In this document: positions 54,901 through 64,000 of the stretch, in pieces
How the letters are laid out: the number at the start of each line of letters is the position of its first letter
Numbering within the stretch: the stretch's first letter is position 1
Assembly: GCA_036172245.1 (NCBI GenBank)
Contig: JAYWIR010000001.1
Span: 8,990,001-9,054,000, forward strand
DNA from: Raillietiella orientalis
Lineage: Eukaryota
DNA length: 64,000 nt
Direction: 5' to 3'
The notes under the pieces: generated by a model
The model's database searches: none
What the model was told of the DNA's origin: nothing
The model's input: only the letters and a program-made list of their open reading frames with translations
Translations under genes and position numbers: made by a program

Positions 54901-57093
54901 TTCGTGGCAACTTCAGCAACCTATTTGGAAAATAATTGGGTCTTTTCATGGTTTCTTTATCAGGAAATACACGGAAAATTGTTGTACATGTTGCAAATTT
55001 ACTCCTTACTTAATTTTGGTTTATCAGCACAAATCGGGAATAGTCTTTACAAACACAATCAAAAACTTCAGTCTGTTTGTAAAGCAGGTTCTGGATTGGA
55101 TCCCTAAGTAGTAACTAGGGATAGCTCACGTTCACTGTAAAGAAGGTTTAAGATAGGTTTAGCTAGGCAATCTTCTATACAAGCTTCTATCTACCTTTCG
55201 TCCTAAGACCTCCAGCGGTACGTGTTTGCTGAAATTGTTCGTCACACACACAAAAAATAATTCAGCGTTGGTTAGGGAAACTGAAGATCGTTTCTGTACG
55301 CCCGAGATGTTTTGCCATGCTCTCATGATGGTTCACATCGAGGTTGAACCATCACTACTGAACCCACAACACGAATAATGGTTTGTGAAACCTTAAAACA
55401 TACGTTTTAATTTACGGGAATGGTACTTGCTCCCTTCTAAGAACGGCTTTCATCTATAAAAAAAAACTGGTTCGAATTTAAACGATCATCTCGCATGAAT
55501 TCATGTGAATTAGCTTCCTTGCAGCAGGTAATTCGAACGAAAAAAAAAAAAAATGTTATTTTCAATATTTTTAAAAGCCGCGAACTCAACGCGAACTGCG
55601 TGACCTTCGCGGAACGCCCGCTTAAATTAACATAGGTCAAAGAGCAAATTTGCCTGGCAGCCCTTTCGTCTTGTGATGCGCGTGGATGTTCCCATGAGCG
55701 TGCCCACCTCCAACAGCTTGAGGAAACTTCGTGTCCATTAAAGAAAAGCCAAAATTTGCTGATCTGCTTGTGACACGAGGCGTTCGGATTTTGCCTATTC
55801 GGAGGCTGCACTTCCACCCAAATGTTTGTGGTGGTGGCCTGAACGATCCCGACGGAACTGCACCGTCGAAGGCATCGACGTCATGCACACGAACACCACT
55901 TGTGGGTGTGACAAAAGGAGAATCCCATCTCCAAAAGACTGATAGCTGCCGTGACAAAAACACACACAAAAAAGCTTTTTCAGCATCCAACGATCCCATG
56001 TTCTTTCTTTTCTTCAATTCTTTCTGGTTTCTATTGCAACGCTCTTACTGCCTTTTTCCCCCTTCTCCGAACATAGACTGAACGCAAAACTGGATTTTGC
56101 ATTTTTACTCATTTTGGTTTGGTGGAGCCTTTGTTTATTTTGCCAATGGAATCACAACCAACTGCAGCACATCAAACTTTTCCGCACTGAGAAATATTGA
56201 TGTTAGCAGTTGTGGATAGATTTGTCAGGGTGAGGGGATCATTAGCTGTTATTCTCATTTGGGTCAAGTTCGTACCATAATGATTGAATTAAATGTGTCA
56301 ACTTCAACTGCCATGTTACTACTGGGAAATTCAAACACCATAAAAAAACATAAATACAATGCAGCATGGACTGATGCTCACATATCCAAAGTCAGCTTGC
56401 TCCTGTAAATCTAAATGTATGTTACCAGATCACTGTTTTGCTGTTTGTGTGCCATAATTGCATCAAACCAACAGTGGAAATTGTGTGAACCATAAGTATT
56501 CACTTCACCTACTACATTCATCTTCATCTTCTCGAAGGCTTTATTATTTTCATATGAACAATGCTATAAGGAAAGTTCAAGGCTTTACAGATTAAGATGA
56601 GAAATCAACGATGTCAAGGCATGAACAGAATTAAAAATACTCAAAAAATGCCAGTCCATACCGATATATAGATGAGTGGTCTCAAATAAATCAAATGAAA
56701 CATGTATTTCATTTTTCCTGATAAAACTGCTCTTTGACAAATCTCAATGCACAAATGGCCAGCTCCTTGGCAATTGTTATATCTTGAGGAATGTTCTTGC
56801 AAAATAAACATTTATACTGTTTCAGTTTCCTAGTACGACTCAATATCGAATGATGTTAAATGATATACAAAAGTTGCAACAGGAAAAAAAAGCATGGCAG
56901 AGAAGAGTAGCAATATTACAAGTTTATCTACAAAATTGTCAGCAACTTTTTAATAAAGAACTCTGGAATCAAAAAGAAAGTATTTTATCAGGTAAATTTA
57001 AACATAATTTATATTAGAAATAAAACGTCAAAAAAAAACAGCTAAAAATATATGACTATGTTGCAGAGGGCAGAGTGCATGATCCGGTGGTAA
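48928..57093 (+). CDS. CCDC113: coiled-coil domain-containing protein 113 (CFAP263), multi-exon; first exon not located
   Basis: Exons at ~48928-49164, 51638-51724, 51768-51918, 52597-53029, 56826-56921 and 57067-57093. EKLRLK...SLQEVDFNQLKI and FPSTTQY...KAWQRRVAI match the CCDC113/DUF4201 pattern. Confidence 0.8.
52041..52325. repeat. 101-bp inverted repeat (long hairpin / MITE-like) in a CCDC113 intron
   Basis: Arms 52041-52141 and 52225-52325 are reverse complements with 2 mismatches. Confidence 0.95.
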
Positions 57094-58899
57094 CAACTGG
57101 AATCCAAAACATGACAGAATTTTCAACATGATACCTACTGAGACATGAAAGCAATTATTAACTAGGTTGACACATATATTTTACCTTTTTGGGAATAATC
57201 CTTTGGGATGCTAACCACAATACAGCGACAATGTAATATTTCTTCAGCAAACTCCATCAAAGATATAAATCTAAAAATTCTAATGAAACTGAAAACTCAC
57301 TTCTGACTGACCTTTCCCTTGATCCATCAATCAGTTCGGCAGATGGGACATTAAGATAGAGAGCACCCTGATATAAAATCGATTCCCAATAGAATGTAGT
57401 TCTTTCAGTTATATGTATGATGAATTTAATCCATATCGTATTTCCAGTCTGCAAAGGCAATCCATACCGTAGGGATTTGCAATAGTACCATGGCTTAGCA
57501 AACTTACTACAGAAGGCTCTTTGATGTTCCCCACACCGCTGCCCTCTGCTGTCCTAGAATTTATAGTGTAAGCGGTATGGGGGACATCAGGACCACCATG
57601 GAGGCCCGTCGCCCAGGTGAATACATAACTGTGATGGATCTCCACAGGTCATACGTCTACAAGAATCAAGAAATCGAAATTCAGTGGCAAATAGCGAAAA
57701 TCAAAAATTCATTTGAATATGAGTACCAAGAAAATTGGGTTCCCCCGCTTTTACGAAAACTCACGATGGCTAAACAATAAGCACATACATTTTAATGGTG
57801 ATCTTCATGGGTTTGCAGTCACCTACACGAATCACATGAAAAATCAAAGGCTGCCAAAATTTAAACACCACACAACTAATCCACAAATGGGAAGCTAATG
57901 ACTATATTTTCCTTCGAAACGAACGACGAAATAACACATACGGGCACTTCCCCAAACCGCCTTACTTATTTCACTTACGAATGTCGTCACCCGAGCTTCT
58001 TACCTGAAGTTATCACACAACGAAGGCATCATGAAAGTATTGATGCTTATTAGCTATACTTTATTTGCTTCAACTTCATCCAAATAATCAAAATACTTGT
58101 TTGAATGAAAAACAAACCATAACACAATTTATTCCACAGTGTCGCGTTACGCCTCCGCACTTGCAATTATTGATAAATTTCGCCAACTACGCATTGATAA
58201 ATCTGTGACAAAAGCGCTGCCATCTATTGCTGGGGAAAATTTTCGAAAGTTCCCTGACGGAGACGCCCGGCCGGAATTCCTGCAAAAATGAAAATCTCGA
58301 CGAATTTCGTCTTGCCCAAGCACAGTCCGATGCTGCACGTCATTCGGAAAATTTAAATGATGATTTAAGGTTTGCGGGACTTTTTTCTTTTGCTGCTGGC
58401 TTCAGGCTCCCATTCGCGCGCTGACAGCCTGGCTGCAAAGGGCTGCCATATCTGGAACGGTGAATCATACAAAGCCAGTCTGTGATCTTATTAGGAGGAG
58501 TGAAATGTTAAATTCAGTGTTCTTGTACACTCCCTCCCCATAGCGATATCGATTTTTCCTTTGAAATGGGAAGGCACCTTTTTCTTTCGCTTACGCTATA
58601 CTGGGGGGAATGCCGCTGGTTCCTTTGTCTGGAAAGTGCAAGATACATTTCAGGCACCGTGCAGCCGAGAATACGTTTCGCTTCTTCTACTCTTTCCTTC
58701 GCGTTTTGTGGTCTTTAGCGCAATAGCATCGTCCGATTACGACGAATTTATGCAGATGACTGAGGTAGTCATCCTGGCTAAGGACAGTATGTCGACACTC
58801 TTAATAGCATTAACGCCCTTCTACGCACGCTCTCCAACGTTAGCCTCGATTTCGCTGGCAGTTGCTGCTTTTAGAGGAAAATGGCTCTGAATTGCCCGC

Positions 58900-61800
58900 A
58901 AGGAGTGGCGCTCGCCATCCTTGCACTGCAAGTGGTGCCCGTCCTACCTCACTTTTCCTCCTTCTGAGCTACAGGGCTTCTGATTTCCGCCCTCCCCTCC
59001 TCACTCCAGCAAGCTATCAGTATCCAGGTACGCGGCGTTCGGATCTGGAGCGCGCGACTCAATGTTTTCGCTCCCTGGATCGGTGACTTCTCGAGGGAAC
59101 CAGCCTGCAGTGAAGAGCGGATCCGCGTTCCGTCCGGGAGCAACCGTTGACATACGCCGGGTGCTCGCGTTCTCTCTCAAGGAATGGAGAGGAATAGGAG
59201 AGAGGAGGTGGTTGCCTGCGCGTGTGCTGCTGCGGGAAATCCTTTGTTTGCCCACGTGGAAGCTCAGCCTCCGCACGGGGATCGCGTGGTGACGGACGAG
59301 GGGAGCGCGACGAGGGGGCGCGGCTGCCGCGAACTTTCCTGGCGCGGATCGCCACTTTTCTTCTCTTTTGTGCGGGGAGGAGAAGGGGGGGGGGACTTGC
59401 GGTCCAAGGATCACCTGACGGCTTATCGTGGAGCATGTGCGTTTGGAGCCCTGGTCCGAGGGGGAGGGAAGGCGTCGCGCCGGTGCGGAACGAGAGAGGG
59501 AGCGGGAGACGCGCGCGCTTGGCTAACCACGCAGCAAGCTCCGGGGCCTTGCCGTCGTCGGAGTCCGGGCTCCCCGGGCGCGCCCGCTTCCCTCCAAGCT
59601 GGCAGGCGCTTCGGGCGGCGCTAAGGCAAGGAGGGAGGGAGGTGCCGGTCGGGATGCGCGGCATCTCCCCCTCCTCCCCTCCCAAACACCCACGCCACTC
59701 GGTGAACGCCCGCGTAGCCAGGGCGTTTCCGGGCGGAGTGTCGAGTTCCGGGGCCAGCCGTCGGGTCATGCTGCACCGACCCAAGCTGACTTCTCTCGGA
59801 AGAAAGGGAAGAAGGGAGAGGAAGACGAGACCTGCCGGGAGCGTCCGCCTCATCCCCGGGAGGGGGAGGGGAGCACCGCCGTCCGTGGTGGCCACGGGTA
59901 CCGGGTGAACGAGAGGCCGCGGTCGTTCTCTTCAGCAGGAAGGAACGCGCCAATCTCCTTGGCCGCATTCAGGAATTCGAGCACCCGTGGGCGGCGCTCA
60001 AACCCAGGGGCAAGGACTCCCTGAGGGAGCCGAGGGAGCTCAATGACATAAGGGCGGAAGGGGATGGAAGCACTCCATCTTAGCGGATCGGCGCAGGAGA
60101 GTGGTCCTCCACCGCGAGCGCCCTCCTGCGCTCGCGGTAGGGGGAGGAGCGATGGCGCTCCCAGGGAGAAGAAGCGTCGGAGGTTTTGTGGTTAAGGCTT
60201 CCACGCGTGGTACTATGCGTCGCGGGATCGAATACTCCGTTAGAAACTGACGGCACTGAGTCGTTGGGTTCCGAGTTTCTCCTGCAATGGCGCTGGTTGG
60301 TCGAAACATTCGGGCGTGGCACGGTAGCGGTTAAAACAAGAGGCCCCCGATGAAAACCGGAACAAAGGGAGAAGAAATTTGCGCCCTATTCCCTTCCTGT
60401 TCCTTGTCCCGGTTTTCCAGCGTGGGTTGCATCCTGATAGTTGGTCGCCATCTTGGCAGTGGCGACGGAGGACAGTCGCCTTGCAGCTTCCGGTTGAGAG
60501 GACTCCTTGGCCAGGAGAGGAGGAAGGGAAAGACCCCGGTGGTACCCGCTGGCGAGAAAAGGGGACAGGGAGAGTCGGGATGATGGCACAGCGAAGGTGA
60601 GTCCCCCTCCGGGGCATAGCGGGGAAGGCGGCAAGGAGCGCCACCTCCAGGGGGTCTCCCCTGTCCTCAATTCTCGCCTGAGAAACGGTGACCCTGAGGA
60701 GGGAGGGCGGAAGGGAGGAGGGGGGAGTCCGCCTTGAGCAGGTGGGGTAGGGCATGTCCGAGCAGACAACGCGCGGAGCACCCACGGTGGCTGCCCTCCT
60801 CGGGATCCTTTCCTTAGACTCTTCCCCAGCGCGCGTCTCTGCCCTCCCCTCTCCCCCTGGATGAGGAGGGGCGGCTCTTGTGGCTCCAGGACCGACGAGT
60901 GGATTGGTATCTCTCCTCCATCCTTACCTCTTTCCTCATTTCCTACCGTCAACCAATCACGGGAAGCCGTCTGAGACACGCGGGGCCGCTGGCAGCAGAG
61001 CGTTTTCGAGGACGCGGCGCGCCCACGGGGTGTCGGCGTCAACTGGGGAGCATGCCGTGTGCCCCTCGGGTATGTGTCTCTTCCTTCCCCTTTCCGCATG
61101 CCGATCAGGGACGCGCGCGTCCCTCCTCGTAGGAGGAGACCCCCCCTTCTTCCAGGGAGCTTGGGGGTGGGGGTGAGGTTGCGGTGGGCCAGACTCTCCC
61201 CTCCTCCCGTTCCGTGGGCTGGGGGTCTCGACACAGGTCTTCGATCCTGCGCTCCGCTCCCGTTTCGGGAGATCGGTGGGTCCCGGCTCGCTCCCTGGAT
61301 GTCCTCCTGCTCCCCTCCCCAGGAGCGGCCATCTTACACTGCAGCCTTCGGGGCCTCCTCTGGGAGCATCGCGCGCGCTGCCGCTCCGACCGAGCATCCG
61401 GTCCCTCCCTCCCCTCCTCCCTCTTCGCGTCACGTGGACGGGCGGGGACTGGCGACAGGCCGGGGAGTTGTCGGGAACCGGGGATCGCACCCCAGCCCGA
61501 AGGTAGCTGCCCTCCAGGTCGGCGACCGGAGGAAGGGCACGAAGCCCCCGGTCTCGGACCCGAAGTGCTCGAAATGGTCCTCCGCTGCCCTTCGCCTGCA
61601 GGGGGGATGGAGAGAGCTCGCGGCTGCAGCTGCCCCCGCCTTGTGACCATGGGCACCCCTGGCTGTTGCAGCCCTCGCTGAAGGAGTGGGCGGGCAGAGG
61701 GGCTCTCTTGCCTTTCCTCGTGACCTGACGAGGGGAAAGTCAGGAGAGGATCGCTATGGACGGGCGGGCACGCGCTCTGACGGTGGCACCTGCCATTGCT

Positions 61801-64000
61801 ACCCCTGACGGCGCCGCTGCTGTTCCTTCAACTGCGCAAGACCACGTGGAGTACCCTGGCAGGGGACGGCCTCGGGAACCCGAGATCACCGGTCTTGTGG
61901 CAAGAATCCGGGGGGGAGGAACTCCCCAGTGACCTTCCCTGAGGGTTTCTTTTCCCCGGCGGCTTCCCATCAGACGCAGGATGTAGCCGTCGGACAGAGT
62001 CGTACCCGCGCCTCCCATGGGAGCAGAGCGTGCGATTGCCTCTGGCAACGAGCGGCATCCTGGAAAGGGGCAGCGGGAAGGACGAAGGGAAACCGAGGCC
62101 GCCTTCCACGTGGATTGGTAGGCGCAGGGATCCCCGCGGGCTTCACGCCAGGTCAAGGGGTGGTGGTGAAAGGTGCCGCTAGGACGCGGGAGAGTGGCGC
62201 ATACTTCCCCCCCCTCCGCCTCCGCTGCTCAGTATGCGTGCCCCCTCACTGTGTTGTTTCCCCAGGGCCCCCCACAACTCAGTCCTTCCCACCCTGGATG
62301 AGGATGGGGAAGGTATTCTCCCTCTCGAAGGGCAGTGCCCTGCTCCCCATCCTCGGCAGCTAATGTCCCGCCAGGCGGCGCGACGCCGAAGGGGAAAGGG
62401 CGGGGCCCAGTTTCTCCCGGTACGCCGCGAGTTCTAAAGGGCGGAGAGGAAAGGAAGGAGGCGACTGGAGTCTCCCCGTCTGCGACGCAGCATCAGCCAG
62501 GCGAGGGTACGGCGCGGGCTTTTTCGATGGCTCCTCTGCTGGACTTGTGGACACGAAGGGTAGTCCTCTCTCGCGAGGTCTCCCTAAATCACCATCGAAG
62601 ACCAGCGTGGGCTGCCCTTTCGTTTCCCGTCCGTCGAGCTCCCCCGCTTCCGTTCCTCTCTCCCAGGGGGCGGCTGGAGCGCCGTTCACTCGGGACCGCC
62701 GCTAACGAGGGGCTGCCGACCCGCCTCCTCCTCTTCCTCCCTTCCTCTTCTCTTCCTTCCCCTCCTCCTTTCCACCTCTTCTTTTCTTCTACTTCCCTTC
62801 CTCCTCTTCCTTCTCCTCCTCTTCAGGGAGGACACGGCGATGCCGCGGTTGCAGTGCCTTCCGGATGCGCAGCGGCGACGGTGAAGGCGGAAAGAGGAGG
62901 TAAAGAGGAGGAGGAAGGGAGGAAGAACGGAAGAGGAAAAAGACGTTGATCCCATGACGAGACGTGCAGTTCGCGTGCTTTGGAAGATTTGGAGACGACG
63001 GCTTCCTCCAGGAAGACGTCTGGTTCCTGGTTCCGGAAGCAGAGGAAATAGGGAAAGTCGAAGCTCCAGTCATGGGGATGGAGCAGGCGTATTTGTCGGA
63101 CGGCACCTGCAACCTATCGCGGTCATGCGCTGCCCTCGACGAGGGGGCGCACTTTCATTTACCGAACGTGCGTCTTCTTTTCTGTGCCCTCGGCTCGATC
63201 TCTGGGGGCATTCTCCGGTGGGTTGAGGATGAGTCGCCTCCAAAGGGGGAGGCAGTCCGTATTCCCAGCACTGCATCTCTGGTCTCACGGGAGGGTTCCG
63301 TCCTCCCCAGACCACCATGAATGATCCCTTCCTTCACCTCTTCTCTCCTTTCCTACCATCCTTCCATCTTCCCCCCATCCTTCCTCACGTTTCAGTTCCC
63401 GGTTGCTCGTTCGGCTCAACGGCAGTCGGTTGGAGTCGCTACCCTCGACTGGAGCATCAGCGAAGGAAAGTGCTCAACCGCTCTCAGAGATGGAAGCACG
63501 CGCATCTCTCTCCCGCCTCTCTCTTCCTCGCGCCGTGGCCGCACGCTCGCCCTGCCTGGCTCGGAGGTCGCCGCCAGCAAGTGCGTCGCTCCGCTCCCCT
63601 GGTGCCTCGCCGCCGCGGGTTGCGGCGGGGCGTCGATCGTGAGAGTTCGGGACGCTCCTCCGTTGCGCGAGGAGGGGGAAGGACCGAGAGGAGCGGCAGT
63701 CCGAGTTTTTCCGTTTCCTTGGAGACTGAGGCGGCTCTCGGCACTTTGGACCAGCCTCCCGGGAGAGATGGAAAATGAAGGCAAGGAAGGTGGCAAGCGG
63801 AAGCCGGGAAGAGTCGGATTGTGGCCGCTGGGATGCGTTCCTGGAGAGTTTCCATAAAGAGGACTCGCTTCCAGAGCTGGATTCTCCTCGGTCCTGGATT
63901 CTCAGCATCCTTATGCGAGTGCGGCGGCTCAGCACAAGACCGAGCCCCCGCTCGTGGATCTGTAGGAATTCCGTAAGTCCGGGAAGCGGGAAGGTCGCGC
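58900..64000. other. GC-rich island of unknown origin with broken protein-like frames
   Basis: Abrupt shift to high GC/CpG. Protein-like stretches occur on both strands (e.g. DTPWARRVLENALLPAAP, DVWFLVPEAEEIGKVEAPVMG), interrupted by stops and purine/pyrimidine tracts. Confidence 0.6.

Noticed and set aside
59059-63935. Individual long Arg/Pro/Gly-rich ORFs in the ORF track
   Set aside because: Many overlap in several frames, as expected from stop scarcity in GC-rich DNA; none can be called individually.

Overview
Eukaryotic, invertebrate-type genomic DNA (probably arthropod; species cannot be determined from sequence) with compact genes and many 45-66 nt introns. Six spliced genes are recognisable: a Tctex-1-domain dynein light chain (2540-3398, +), RTRAF/C14orf166 (15904-16990, +), SEL1L (17058-19969, -), SEC63 (26081-30164, -), cytosolic HSC70 (40545-42520, -, with a perfect heat-shock element) and CCDC113/CFAP263 (~48928-57093, +). 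Between them are a decayed Gypsy-like LTR retroelement, a probable LINE fragment, a GC-rich repeat family (4 copies) carrying spaced micro-hairpins, a 101-bp intronic hairpin, and GC-rich islands of unassignable ORF-like sequence (~7.1-10.5, 38.1-39.5 and 58.9-64 kb). The most intriguing signal, and a speculative one, is a decayed minus-strand sequence at ~34.6-37.1 kb. Its motif order resembles a herpesvirus-type terminase ATPase-nuclease, and it lies near an intact intronless orphan ORF, suggesting an endogenous herpes-like DNA virus relic. All family assignments come from manual translation and remembered motifs; no database search was run.
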